A stretch of 64,000 bases of DNA from an uncultured Nitrospirota bacterium (GTDB lineage: Bacteria > CG2-30-53-67), in NCBI GenBank assembly GCA_947259355.1, contig CAMYMF010000013.1, forward strand, positions 874 to 64,873, in the 5' to 3' direction. Below are positions 29,064 through 40,070 of this stretch, in pieces (position 1 is the first letter of the stretch; every line of letters starts with the position of its first letter). The translations under genes were made by a program, and so were the position numbers. A model generated the notes under the pieces. It searched no databases. It saw only the letters and a program-made list of their open reading frames with translations, and was not told the origin of the DNA.

Positions 29064-29100
29064 TGCAAAAGTGAAATGGCGGAAAACGGTTCCGCCATTT
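29064..29100 (-). terminator. Candidate terminator after phasin-like paralog 2
   Basis: Minus-strand RNA reads AAAUGGCGG-AACCGUUUU-CCGCCAUUU followed by CACUUUUG. The U tract is weak. Confidence 0.45.
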
Positions 29101-29129
29101 CCCCAGTCCTCTTTGCTGCCGGCTTCGGC

Positions 29130-29417
29130 CTACAGCATTTCCTCGACCTTCTTGAATCCGTCTTCGACGGCCTTCTTGTACTCGACGCGCCCCTTCTTGG
29201 CGTTCTCGATGAATCCGTCGACCATCTTGTAAGCCTCGGATTGTGCCTCTTTGCCTGTGTCGTACAGATTCTTCCAGATCTTCACGTTGAGATCCTGAAT
29301 CTTGACAGCGTTCTCGAAGGCCGTCTCGAAGGAAAACTTCATCAGTTTGAGGTAGTCCTCCCCCAGCGTTTTCGGGAAGAGACCCGCGTCCGGTGTGGTG
29401 GTGGTTTTGGTGCTCAT
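29130..29417 (-). CDS. Phasin-like small protein (paralog 2)
   Basis: 95 aa, paralogous to 25735..26028 over nearly the full length. Confidence 0.55.
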   Translation of the reverse strand: MSTKTTTTPDAGLFPKTLGEDYLKLMKFSFETAFENAVKIQDLNVKIWKNLYDTGKEAQSEAYKMVDGFIENAKKGRVEYKKAVEDGFKKVEEML

Positions 29418-29496
29418 GGTTCATCTCCTTTTTGGTTTATGAATGAATGGTTTGTGTACAACCAAGCCCTTGCCGGACCTGATCCTTGAATAGCCT

Positions 29497-29844
29497 CTAT
29501 TTCGTCTGGTCGTCGTCCGACTCTTCGCCGGCGCCCCTGCCAGAGGGCCCGGGACCGGGGCCTCCCGGATAGAGAGACTGCCACCAGTTGAACATCCCCT
29601 TGCTGAACATTTCCATGTCCGACATCGACACAAACTGTTTCAGCCATATCCCGAGAAAACCGAAGTAATTCTTCAGATCCCAGCCGGCATTCACGGCGAA
29701 AGGGAGCACCCGGTTGAGGTCTCTAATGTAGGATCGCAGCACATAGGCCACATTGATATCCGGATCACCGAACTTACTGAGATGTTCTTTGAGTTTCTCG
29801 TACTCTTCTTCGTCCAGTCTCAATGTGATCGCCTTGAGCGCCAC
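29497..29844 (-). CDS. Ribbon-helix-helix (CopG-like) N-terminus with hydrophobic middle and Pro/Gly + acidic tail
   Basis: GTG start 5 nt after AGGAGG. MALKAITLRLDEEEYEKLKEHL is an RHH beta-strand/helix pattern. The tail reads PGGPGPGPSGRGAGEESDDDQTK. Confidence 0.5.
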   Translation of the reverse strand: MALKAITLRLDEEEYEKLKEHLSKFGDPDINVAYVLRSYIRDLNRVLPFAVNAGWDLKNYFGFLGIWLKQFVSMSDMEMFSKGMFNWWQSLYPGGPGPGPSGRGAGEESDDDQTK

Positions 29845-29883
29845 CGTGACCTCCTTTCCAGTTGTATTTCAAAACGTGGACTA

Positions 29884-29913
29884 AATGTAATACATGTGTA
29901 ATACGTTTGTCAA
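29884..29913 (-). promoter_or_regulatory. Sigma70-like promoter with embedded direct repeat (candidate operator) for the RHH gene
   Basis: Minus strand reads TTGACA-N18-TACATT. GTATTACA occurs twice, 11 nt apart, across the spacer and -10. A T9A8T5 tract lies immediately upstream (29926-29947). Confidence 0.4.
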
Positions 29914-30079
29914 GCCCCTCTGCTCTTTTTTTTTAAAAAAAATTTTTCAGCATAACCGATTGATTTCAATGATTAAATCGAGAATCCAGCGCTGCGAGGC
30001 GTCGGGATGGCAGCTCATTCGAGCCCATTTTGACCGTATCAAGCGGTGAAAAAGGGGCCCGCAGGCGCCTCGGGAAACA

Positions 30080-30520
30080 TCACGGTACCGATCCCTGTGA
30101 CTGGTGGACGGTGGCGACGGTAACCCGCCTGGCACCAAGTCCTCGCAGAAGCTCCAGAAGCGAAACCATGGACTGCACCGAGGCGGCCCGATCGGCGCGA
30201 ATCTCGATGGGCCTCTCCAGAAGGAGTGCCCTGCGCTGTGAAAGCTCCGAGGCCAGCGTCTCCAGTGTAAAGAGGCGCCGCTGGAAAACTACGGTGCCGT
30301 CGGCCCGAAGCACCAAGACCGTTTCTTCTGCGGCGCCGCGGACATGCACCTTCTTGGTCACCGGCAGATCGACCTTGATCCCCTCCTGGGCGACAAAACG
30401 AGAGGTGAGCATGAAGAAGATCAGTAGGAGAAACACGATGTCAATGAGGGGGGTAATCGCCAGTTGCAGCGGCTCGCGGCCTTTGCGCGAATCCCGCTCC
30501 GCCCCCTTAGGCCGCCACAT
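30080..30520 (-). CDS. exbD: ExbD/TolR family biopolymer transport protein
   Basis: PLIDIVFLLLIFFMLTS TM segment followed by a periplasmic domain, typical of the family. Confidence 0.85.
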   Translation of the reverse strand: MWRPKGAERDSRKGREPLQLAITPLIDIVFLLLIFFMLTSRFVAQEGIKVDLPVTKKVHVRGAAEETVLVLRADGTVVFQRRLFTLETLASELSQRRALLLERPIEIRADRAASVQSMVSLLELLRGLGARRVTVATVHQSQGSVP

Positions 30521-31133
30521 CTTTCAACTCCTTTCGCAGCCCGGACAGCGCCATCTCCACCCGGTCCACCCGGGCCTGAAACAGATGGTGAAAGAGCAGG
30601 CAGGGAATGGCCACCGATAGCCCGGCCGCGGTGGTGAGGAGGGCCTCCCAGATCCCCCCGGCGAGGAGGGAGGCACTAACGTTGCCGCCGTGAAGCTCTA
30701 TCTGCATGAATGATTTGATCATCCCAACGACCGTTCCCAAAAGACCAAGCAGGGGGGACACACCGGCCACGGTCGCCAGGCCGCGCAGAGAAACCTCCAT
30801 TCGGCTGATGAGTCGGTCGCCCTCCTGGTCCAGGGTGGCCTCCAATGCGTCGGCACCCTTTGCTTCGGCTTGCCGCAAAGCCTGAGCCATGACAGCAGCA
30901 CCCGCCGTGTCCGAGGCATCCAGAACCGCCAGCGCTGCGTCCCGGTTTCCCTGGGCCAGTAGCAGACGCACCTCTTCGGGAACGCGAAAGCCCCGGAGTC
31001 GAAGCCTGCGATAAGTGTAGAGCCGTTCGAGGATCAGCGTCAGCCCGATGATGGAACAGAGCACGATGGGAATCATGAGAATCCCCCCGCGGGCAACGAA
31101 ACCGATCCACATCTCCGGAATGAGTTCGGGCAT
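30507..31133 (-). CDS. exbB: MotA/TolQ/ExbB proton channel protein
   Basis: Start at MPELIPEMW (GGAGGAGG RBS). SPLLGLLGTVVGMI motif. Confidence 0.85.
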   Translation of the reverse strand: MPELIPEMWIGFVARGGILMIPIVLCSIIGLTLILERLYTYRRLRLRGFRVPEEVRLLLAQGNRDAALAVLDASDTAGAAVMAQALRQAEAKGADALEATLDQEGDRLISRMEVSLRGLATVAGVSPLLGLLGTVVGMIKSFMQIELHGGNVSASLLAGGIWEALLTTAAGLSVAIPCLLFHHLFQARVDRVEMALSGLRKELKDVAA

Positions 31134-31409
31134 GGCCTCCTCCCATGACCCGGGCAAGGAAAGTGCACGCAGCGACCGACAGACTGCACGCCCGCGGAGC
31201 CCCCCTCCTCCTGTCTCTCTACCTCTACACGTAAACACCGCCGCCGCAGATTGTCAATTCCCCACACCCCGCCGGCTGGCACGCCTCCGCGTGGAGTTTG
31301 CCGCCGCCACCTCCCTCTGGTACTGTTACAGGCGGGAAACCGGCATCCCTAACCGAAGGCGAGCCACAGTGCGCACACCGCGCCGCTCCCGCGGGCAGGA
31401 GGTTCATCG

Positions 31410-32030
31410 GTGGGCTTCTATACAAAGGTCATTCTCCCCAGCTTTTATGACTATTTGATGGCTTCTCCTGCGCGGGAGAAGGCTCGGCAGTCGCTACTGG
31501 CAGGCGTGCAAGAGGCGGTCTTGGAGGTCGGTTTCGGAACGGGCTTGAATCTGCCTCATTACCCGGAACAGATCCGTCAAATCACCACAGTGGACATCAA
31601 CCCCGGCATGACCGCCAAAGCGCTCAAGAGAATCCAGAGCTCTCCCATCGCCGTGAACACGCACCTGCTCGACGGCGCGCGCCTGCCCATGGCGGATCTC
31701 ACCTTTGACAGCGTCGTGACGGCTTACACCCTCTGTTCCATCGCGCAGGTGGAGACGGCTCTTGGGGAAATCCACCGGGTCCTCAAACCGGGAGGCCGTC
31801 TCTTCTTTCTGGAGCACGGCGTGAGCCCTGATCCCGGGATCCGGCGCTGGCAAGAGCGTCTCAACGGTATTCAGAGAGTTATTGCGGCGGGATGTCACCT
31901 GAACCGCAACATCAAAGCCCTCATTGCGGCGCAGTCCTTTGAGCTGGTGTCGTGTGAGGAGTTCTACATGGCGGGGGACCCGAGGACGCACGGCTACACT
32001 TATCAGGGCATTGCCGCGAAACCAGCCTGA
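31410..32030 (+). CDS. Class I SAM-dependent methyltransferase
   Basis: VLEVGFGTGLNL motif I and LKPGGRLFFLEH. Confidence 0.8.
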   Translation: MGFYTKVILPSFYDYLMASPAREKARQSLLAGVQEAVLEVGFGTGLNLPHYPEQIRQITTVDINPGMTAKALKRIQSSPIAVNTHLLDGARLPMADLTFDSVVTAYTLCSIAQVETALGEIHRVLKPGGRLFFLEHGVSPDPGIRRWQERLNGIQRVIAAGCHLNRNIKALIAAQSFELVSCEEFYMAGDPRTHGYTYQGIAAKPA

Positions 32031-32158
32031 CACCGGGGCGCAGGAGTCCCCCCGCAGACGCCTCAGCATGCCTGCCGGTGACCGGTTGTCTTGTAAGGAG
32101 TCTACAAGTGCTAGCCCGAATATTGCATGAGAAAGTCTATTACGAGGCGCTATTCGGG

Positions 32159-33739
32159 CTAAAGCCCTTTGGAGAAGGAGACGAAGAAGGTGACGCCGCC
32201 TTTGTCTCTTGCGGCCGTCCAGACGCGCCCTTGATGCTGCTCCGCGATCTCCTTCACGATGGCAAGACCGAGTCCCGTTCCGGCAATGGCCCGGGAGGCC
32301 GCCGGTCGCTTGAACAGCCGGAAGATCTTTTTCGAATCGGCTTCACCCACACCGACACCGTCATCCGTCACGGAGAAGATGTGACACCGATCGGAGGACT
32401 CGTAGCCGACGCGAATCTCGCTTAATGCGTCACCGGCATACTTGAGGGCGTTGTCCACCAGGTTCCGAAAGACGCGCAGCAGCGAAAGCGTGTCGGCCCG
32501 TATTTCGGGAATCTCGGCCGGTTCGATCCAGCGGATGTGGCGCAGACTCAGCTGCGCATAGAACTCCTGGCGGATGATGTGAAGGAGCTCCTTGGGCTTG
32601 ACCGGCTCGATCCGCAGCGGCGACTCGCGGGTCGAGATGTACAGATTGATCGTCTCCACCAGTTGAGCGATCCGCTCGGAGGAATTGACGATCTGCTCAC
32701 AAATTTCCCGATTGCGCTCGTCGAGGGCCGAGCTGCAACGCTTGCGCAGCAGCTGGGTGAGACCGTAGAGCGCCACGGCAGGATTCTTGAGATCGTGGGA
32801 GACGGAGTAAGCGAAACGCCGGATCTGCTCTTCGCTTTTCTTCAACGCCCTTTCCGCCCTTTTGCGCTCGCTGACGTCCCGGTCGAAGGCCAAGATATAG
32901 CGATGATTGCCCAGTTCGAGCAGTCCCGCACTCACCTCTACGGGGAAGATGGTGCCATCCTTTCGGATATGGTAAAGTTCGGTCTTGAGCCGCTTGCCCT
33001 CGAGGATCGCTTGCACCCGCTTCTGTACTTTTCGCGCCGAGTCGGGGGTGTCCAGATCGGCAATATTCATCCGGAGAAGTTCCGCCCTGGTGTATCCGTG
33101 CATGGCCGCCGCCGCCCGATTGGCGTCCACGATACGGCCCGGACTCTCCCCCTCGCCGTCCAAAATGAAGATGGCGTCCCCCGCCTGCTCAAAGATGGTG
33201 CGGTAACGCTTCTCGCTCTCCTGCAGCGCCGCCTCCATCCGTTTACGCTCGGTGATGTCGGTGAAGGTGGCAATCATGGTGCCCGGCGCGCTTTGAAAGG
33301 CGTGAACCTCAAAGGCCCCCTGGATCTGGTCATCTTCGTAGAAGATCTGATCGGTCTTCCACGACTCCCCCCGGGCTGCGGCCGCCCGGTAGCGCTCGGG
33401 CACTTCCGTGTCGGCCAGCGGCGGAAAGGCCTCCTCGATGGTTTTTCCGAGGAGCCGCGTGTGATCGAGACCCAGGATACGATCGGCAGCCGGATTGCCC
33501 CCCACGAACACCAAGTCACCGTCCGCTTCCAAACGGTACATATGGACGCCGACGGGAATCGACTGGATGACCTTCCAGAACTTCTGCCCCTCGTCGATGG
33601 CACTCACCTGCACGTCCCGACGCTCGATCCGCATGGTGCCGGAATGTTTGCGAGGCTTCACCACGGCAGCGTACAGGGCACTCTGGGTTCGTTTCTGACC
33701 TCTGGTTTTCTCGTTTGAAATGGTCACGTCCGTTGCCAT
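32159..33739 (-). CDS. PAS-domain sensor histidine kinase (no cognate response regulator adjacent)
   Basis: Two PAS-like segments, H-box SHDLKNP, N-box NLVDNALKY and G-box GTGLGLAIV. Start is uncertain (track GTG 33844; ATG 33739 has a poor RBS). Confidence 0.8.
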   Translation of the reverse strand: MATDVTISNEKTRGQKRTQSALYAAVVKPRKHSGTMRIERRDVQVSAIDEGQKFWKVIQSIPVGVHMYRLEADGDLVFVGGNPAADRILGLDHTRLLGKTIEEAFPPLADTEVPERYRAAAARGESWKTDQIFYEDDQIQGAFEVHAFQSAPGTMIATFTDITERKRMEAALQESEKRYRTIFEQAGDAIFILDGEGESPGRIVDANRAAAAMHGYTRAELLRMNIADLDTPDSARKVQKRVQAILEGKRLKTELYHIRKDGTIFPVEVSAGLLELGNHRYILAFDRDVSERKRAERALKKSEEQIRRFAYSVSHDLKNPAVALYGLTQLLRKRCSSALDERNREICEQIVNSSERIAQLVETINLYISTRESPLRIEPVKPKELLHIIRQEFYAQLSLRHIRWIEPAEIPEIRADTLSLLRVFRNLVDNALKYAGDALSEIRVGYESSDRCHIFSVTDDGVGVGEADSKKIFRLFKRPAASRAIAGTGLGLAIVKEIAEQHQGRVWTAARDKGGVTFFVSFSKGL

Positions 33740-34226
33740 CTCCCGAATCCAAGGGCAGACGCAGACCCCCCCTGCATGGCCTGGGGTTGGGCCGACCCGG
33801 TTTCTCAGATACAAAGGGGCGAAGGCACAGTTGCGGCACGGCACGGGTGCGCGGCGTTGCCGTCCAATGGCCGCCCCGGTCCGCTTTTACGGTGTTGAAT
33901 GTGACAGGTGCACCTCCCCCCAGGGGTGCAGCTTTCTGGCGCAAGAACCTGTGTCCGTGTCACTGGCTGCAAGAGGTATATATACATCATGGATGCAACC
34001 ACCCTGTCAAGACGGTTATCGGCACCCTCGAGGCGAAATCATGGGGTTACTGTTTCCTTTTGCGGCCATGCGGGAGCACGCTCACAATCGTGATTTTTTT
34101 GAGCAAGCGGGCTCAACGGGCCCGTGGCTTCTGGGGCGGCCGCAAGCCAATTAACCATTGATTTTGAATCGTTTTTGTACTATTTTTGAACAAATTGTAT
34201 GCCGACGGAAAGGTATTTGACTTGTA

Positions 34227-35039
34227 ATGATGCTCAAGATCGCCCTGGGGTTCTACCTCCTCTCCACCGTGGCTTGCCTGCTCTATTTCGTATTTCCGAA
34301 GAAACTGCTGGGCCGAACCTATCTGGTCAGCGCCGTCGTCGGCTTCCTGTGCCATTCTGTTGCGCTGGTTCAGGATTATGTTCGCGCGGGCCATCTCCCG
34401 GTCACCAATTTTCAAGAAGGACTCTCCTTCTTCTCCTGGACGATTATCCTGATATTTCTGCTGCTTGAGTTTCGTTACCGCATCCTGATTCTCGGCTCTT
34501 TCATCATCCCCTTGGCTTTCGCCGCCCTGCTCTACCCCGCGCTGGTCAGCTACGAAACAAAGGAATTGACCCCCCTGCTTCAGAGCTCCTGGCTCGGCGT
34601 CCATGTGACGCTGGCTTTTCTGGGGGATGCCGCCTTCGCCCTGGCCTTTGCCATCAGCGTCATGTACATCCTACAGGAGTACCAGTTGAAGGCCCACCGG
34701 TTCGGAGCCACCTTTCGCAAGCTGCCGTCCCTGGAGATCCTCGACGGCATGAATCACCGCGTCATCACCATCGGATTTCTTCTCCTGACGCTCGGGATGA
34801 TTACCGGAGCCCTCTGGGCACGGGCCTCTCTGGGAAGCTATCTCCAGGGAGACCCTCGGGAGATCTGGTCCCTCATCACCTGGGTGATCTATGCCGCCCT
34901 GTTACATGCGCGACTGACCGTCGGCTGGCGGGGACGGCGCACTGCCATCATGGCCATCGTCGGATTTGCCGTGCTCGTGTTCGCGTTCCTCGGCATCAAC
35001 TTGTTCATTTCGAGTTATCATTACCCGGAGCGATTCTGA
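34227..35039 (+). CDS. CcsA-family (cytochrome c assembly / HemX-like) membrane protein
   Basis: Multi-TM protein with a WLGVHV...GALWA...W..DPRE.WSL.TW pattern. TGATG overlap with hemA. Confidence 0.7.
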   Translation: MMLKIALGFYLLSTVACLLYFVFPKKLLGRTYLVSAVVGFLCHSVALVQDYVRAGHLPVTNFQEGLSFFSWTIILIFLLLEFRYRILILGSFIIPLAFAALLYPALVSYETKELTPLLQSSWLGVHVTLAFLGDAAFALAFAISVMYILQEYQLKAHRFGATFRKLPSLEILDGMNHRVITIGFLLLTLGMITGALWARASLGSYLQGDPREIWSLITWVIYAALLHARLTVGWRGRRTAIMAIVGFAVLVFAFLGINLFISSYHYPERF

Positions 35040-36328
35040 TGCCAATTGTACTGGTCGGATTGAGTCACAAAACCGCACCGGTGGAACTCCGGGAGAAGGT
35101 TTGTATGCCCGACATGGCCCTGCCCGATCAGCTCGCAAGGCTCAAAAGCCCGCCCGTGCCTGAATGCGTCATCGTCTCCACTTGCAACCGGGTCGAAGTA
35201 TTGGCCCACTGCCCCGAAGCGCATGCGGGCATCACTGCGATCAAGCAATACCTCGCTGCGGGCAGCGGAATCGCATTCTCCGACGTGGAGCCGCACTTCT
35301 ACACTCTGGCGGGGAGCAAGGCCATTCAGCATATCTTCCGCGTAGCTTCCTCTCTGGACTCCATGATGGTCGGAGAGCCTCAGATTCTGGGTCAGATCAA
35401 GAACGCCTTTGCCGCGGCCTCCAAAGAGGGGGCCACCGGGGTCGTGTTGAACCGCCTCATGCACAAAGCCTTCTCGGTGGCGAAACGGGTCAAGACCGAG
35501 ACCCAGATTGCCCGTTACGCGGTTTCCATCAGCTATGCGGCCGTGGAACTGGCGAAGAAGATTTTTGACGACCTCTCCGAAAAGACCGTCATGCTCATCG
35601 GGGCGGGGGAGATGAGTGAGCTGGCGGCGCGCCATCTCATGGACCACGGCGCCAAGAGGCTGCTGGTCACGAACCGGACGTACAGCCGTGCCGTGGAGCT
35701 TGCCGAAGAATTCAGCGCAAGCGCCATCCGTTTCGAGGATTTCACCGACTCACTGATTCGAACGGATATCATCATCTCCTCCACGGGATCGCCTACGTAC
35801 ATCCTCGGGCACCAGCAGGTTAAAACGGTGCTCTATGAGCGTCGAAACAAGCCGATGTTTATGATCGATATCGCCGTGCCCCGGGACCTCGATCCGGCCA
35901 TTAACCGGCTGAGCAACGTTTACCTCTACGACATCGACGACCTGCAGGCTGTGATCGACACCAACATTCAGGAGCGTCGCAAGGAAGCGGAAAAGGCAGA
36001 CGAGATCGTGCTCGCCGAAGTGGGCACCTTTGAGAGATGGCTGGATTCCCTCGACGTGACACCCATGATCGTGCTTCTCCGGGAGCGTCTCGAGCAGATC
36101 CGGGAAGAGGAACTGGCCCGGACGCTGCCCCGTCTCAACGGTGTGTCGAAAAAGGAAAAAAAAGCCGTGGAGGCCATGGCCTCGGCCATCGTCAACAAGA
36201 TACTCCACGGGCCGCTGCAGGCCTTGAAGGCGGAGAACCGCTCGGACACAAGAGATCAGCTGATCGAAATTCTCAAAGAGATCTTCCAGCTCGAGCAGAC
36301 GCGAAAAGGACCACCGCAGAAACCCTGA
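35039..36328 (+). CDS. hemA: Glutamyl-tRNA reductase
   Basis: LSHKTAPVELRE, STCNRVE, MVGEPQILGQIK and GAGEM motifs. Confidence 0.95.
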   Translation: MPIVLVGLSHKTAPVELREKVCMPDMALPDQLARLKSPPVPECVIVSTCNRVEVLAHCPEAHAGITAIKQYLAAGSGIAFSDVEPHFYTLAGSKAIQHIFRVASSLDSMMVGEPQILGQIKNAFAAASKEGATGVVLNRLMHKAFSVAKRVKTETQIARYAVSISYAAVELAKKIFDDLSEKTVMLIGAGEMSELAARHLMDHGAKRLLVTNRTYSRAVELAEEFSASAIRFEDFTDSLIRTDIIISSTGSPTYILGHQQVKTVLYERRNKPMFMIDIAVPRDLDPAINRLSNVYLYDIDDLQAVIDTNIQERRKEAEKADEIVLAEVGTFERWLDSLDVTPMIVLLRERLEQIREEELARTLPRLNGVSKKEKKAVEAMASAIVNKILHGPLQALKAENRSDTRDQLIEILKEIFQLEQTRKGPPQKP

Positions 36329-36478
36329 TGACGCGCCCCCCCCATGGTCGCTCTCACCCCGTCTGTCGGCGTGCTCGATCGGGTGTTGTCCCCAAGAGAT
36401 CATGACCCCGGGGCAGCGGATAGTTTGTGAATTGGGCAGGCGCCTTGGGGTGCACCGCCCCCAGCATAGGGAAGGAAC

Positions 36479-37432
36479 ATGGCGAACAGGAAAACCCTTC
36501 GTATTGGAACCCGAGGAAGCCAGCTCGCACTCTGGCAGGCCAACTGGATCAAGGGTCGGTTGGAGGCACAGTATCCTGACCTCGAGGTATCGCTGCTCAA
36601 GATCAAGACCACCGGAGACAAGATCCTCGATGTCCCGCTGGCCAAGGTGGGAGGCAAGGGGCTCTTCGTGAAAGAGATCGAAGAGGCTCTGCTTTCCGAG
36701 CGGGTCGACCTGGCCGTGCACAGCATGAAAGATGTTCCGACGGAACTGCCCGAAGCCCTGCATCTGCCGGTGATCTGCGAACGGGAAGACCCCAGAGATG
36801 CACTGCTGTCCCATGGTGCGGGCTTTGCCGCGCTGCCCCAGGGGGGCAAGATCGGAACCAGCAGTCTTCGACGACAGGCACAGCTCCTGCACCGGCGACC
36901 CGACCTGAAGATGGTCAACTTGCGGGGTAATCTGGACACCCGTATCGCCAAACTGCAAACGGAAGGGCTGGATGCCGTCGTTCTCGCCGCAGCGGGGATC
37001 CGGCGCATGGGATGGGAATCGAAAATAACCGAGCTGCTCGACACCGACCTCAGTCTGCCCGCCATCGGCCAGGGCGCGGTCGGCATCGAATGCCGTCTGC
37101 ACGATGCGCAGGTGAACGAATGGATAGCCTTCCTGCGCCATGCGGACACCTTCGACGCCGTTGCCGCGGAGCGGGCTTTCCTGACGAAGCTCGAAGGGGG
37201 CTGTCAAGTCCCCATCGCGGGCTACGCCGTGATCGAGGCGTCGGAGATACACCTGCGGGGCCTGGTGGGAAGTGTCGATGGCGGGGAGCTCATCCGGGAC
37301 GAGATCCGCGGTCCCCGGAGCGAAGCGGAGGTGCTGGGCATCGAACTTGGCGAGAGAGTCCTGGCCGCCGGCGGCAAGCGTATCCTCGACGAAGTTTACC
37401 GCACGCAACTGCTGCCGCCCCCCGAGGTGTAA
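36479..37432 (+). CDS. hemC: Hydroxymethylbilane synthase (porphobilinogen deaminase)
   Basis: LRIGTRGSQLALWQA, KGLFVKEIE, AVHSMKDVP and GGCQVPI. Confidence 0.95.
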   Translation: MANRKTLRIGTRGSQLALWQANWIKGRLEAQYPDLEVSLLKIKTTGDKILDVPLAKVGGKGLFVKEIEEALLSERVDLAVHSMKDVPTELPEALHLPVICEREDPRDALLSHGAGFAALPQGGKIGTSSLRRQAQLLHRRPDLKMVNLRGNLDTRIAKLQTEGLDAVVLAAAGIRRMGWESKITELLDTDLSLPAIGQGAVGIECRLHDAQVNEWIAFLRHADTFDAVAAERAFLTKLEGGCQVPIAGYAVIEASEIHLRGLVGSVDGGELIRDEIRGPRSEAEVLGIELGERVLAAGGKRILDEVYRTQLLPPPEV

Positions 37433-37434
37433 CC

Positions 37435-38979
37435 ATGGCAGCACAGAAACGGACGGGCAAAGTCTTTCTGATCGGCGCGGGCCCGGGCCATCCGAAGCTG
37501 ATTACCCTGCGGGCCATCGAATGCATCCGAGACGCGGATGTCATCGTCTACGACTATCTGGCCAATCAGAAATTCCTTCAGTATGCCCGCAAGGGGTGCG
37601 AAGTCGTCTACGCGGGAAAGACCGGCCATCACCATACCTTGCAGCAGGATGAGATCAACCGGTTTCTCGTCGAAAAAGCCCGGGCCGGCAAGAAAGTGGC
37701 CCGGCTCAAGGGGGGCGACCCCCTGGTTTACGGGCGCGGGGCGGAAGAGGCGGAGGAGCTCATCCGGCACGGCATCGAGTACGAGTTCGTTCCCGGGGTC
37801 CCTGCGGCCACCGGCGCCGCCGCCTACGCGGGCATCCCCTTGACCCATCGCAACTTCTCCTCAACGGTGGCTTTCGTGACGGGCCACGAAGGGACGGGCA
37901 AGGGCGGCCCGCCCGTCGATTGGGAGAAACTCAGCACCGGCGTTGGGACGCTGGTCATCTACATGGGGATCGGCCGGTTGAAACAAAACGCCCAGAAGAT
38001 CCTCGCCGCCGGTCGGGCACCGGACACCCCGGTGGCCCTCGTGCGGTGGGGGACCACCCCGGAGCAGGAAGTTCTCGTGGGGACGCTCTCCGACATTCAC
38101 GAGAAGGCGCGGGCCGCGGATTTCAAAGCGCCGGCACTGATGATCGTGGGCGAGAGTGTGCGCCTCCACGACACACTGAACTGGACCAAACGCCTGCCGC
38201 TTTTCGGACGACGCATTGCGCTGACCCGGGAACGAAAAAACGCCGGCCTCTTCTCGAAGCAGCTTGAACGCCTGGGCGCCGTGATCTACTATCTGCCGGC
38301 CATCGATATCGTTGCCCCGGAGACTTTTGAGAGGCTGGACCGGACCATCGACGCACTCGATTCCTTTGACTGGATCGTTTTGACCAGCGCCAATGCGGTC
38401 CGGTACTTTCTCGACCGTCTGGTTGCACGGAACCGGGACGTGCGCAATCTCAAGGGAATCGGCATCTGCACCGTCGGCACATCCACGGCGCGCGCCCTGC
38501 GCACCCGGGGGATCCGGGCGGACCTGATCCCCGAAACCTTCACCGGCGAGGGGGTGGTGGCGGCGTTGACGCAACGGGTAAACCTCCAGGGCCAGCGGGT
38601 TCTGATTCCCCGGGCAGAGCAGGCTCGGAAGATCATACCCGAATCGCTCCGGGCCGCCGGCGCGGACGTGGTGGTGGTCACCGTCTACCGCAATCGCCCG
38701 CCCCGCATCGACCGACAGGCCCTCGAGGAGATCCTCATCAACCGGAAGGCGGACCTGATGGTTTTCACCAGTCCGTCCAATGTAAAGAATATTGTGCGTG
38801 CCGTTGACAACGAAGGGTTGCATGAAGCCCTGGCAAAGATTAAGATGGCCTGCATCGGACCGGTGACCGCCGACGCGGCTCGGAAAGCGGGCCTGTCGGT
38901 GGTGATCGAACCCGAGGAGTCCACCCTGGAATCCGTGTCCGATGCCATAGTGCGCTACTTCGGCGCCGAGGGCCGCTGA
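37435..38979 (+). CDS. cobA: Fused uroporphyrinogen-III C-methyltransferase / uroporphyrinogen-III synthase
   Basis: Start at MAAQKRTGKVFLIGAGPGHPKLITLRA. The N-terminal half has SUMT motifs (VVYDYL, RLKGGDP). The C-terminal half is HemD-like (IALTRE..., VFTSPSNV). Confidence 0.9.
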   Translation: MAAQKRTGKVFLIGAGPGHPKLITLRAIECIRDADVIVYDYLANQKFLQYARKGCEVVYAGKTGHHHTLQQDEINRFLVEKARAGKKVARLKGGDPLVYGRGAEEAEELIRHGIEYEFVPGVPAATGAAAYAGIPLTHRNFSSTVAFVTGHEGTGKGGPPVDWEKLSTGVGTLVIYMGIGRLKQNAQKILAAGRAPDTPVALVRWGTTPEQEVLVGTLSDIHEKARAADFKAPALMIVGESVRLHDTLNWTKRLPLFGRRIALTRERKNAGLFSKQLERLGAVIYYLPAIDIVAPETFERLDRTIDALDSFDWIVLTSANAVRYFLDRLVARNRDVRNLKGIGICTVGTSTARALRTRGIRADLIPETFTGEGVVAALTQRVNLQGQRVLIPRAEQARKIIPESLRAAGADVVVVTVYRNRPPRIDRQALEEILINRKADLMVFTSPSNVKNIVRAVDNEGLHEALAKIKMACIGPVTADAARKAGLSVVIEPEESTLESVSDAIVRYFGAEGR

Positions 38980-39022
38980 AGCGTTGTGACCGAGGAATCA
39001 TTTACCGCAGGAGACCAGAGCC

Positions 39023-39997
<975 letters not shown>

Positions 39998-40070
39998 GAC
40001 GGGCCAGAAATAAACGATTTGCCCCAAGGTCTCCCCCAGTGTTAGAATTGATCAAACGGAGGAGGCAGAG

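Noticed and set aside
31290-31310. Sigma-54-like CTGGCACGCCTCCGCG upstream of the methyltransferase gene
   Set aside because: The -24 GG element is fine, but the -12 element (TTGC) is missing, and no enhancer-binding protein is nearby.
35750-37444. 564-aa minus-strand ORF spanning the hemA 3' end and all of hemC
   Set aside because: It opposes two unambiguous heme biosynthesis genes and has no family resemblance.
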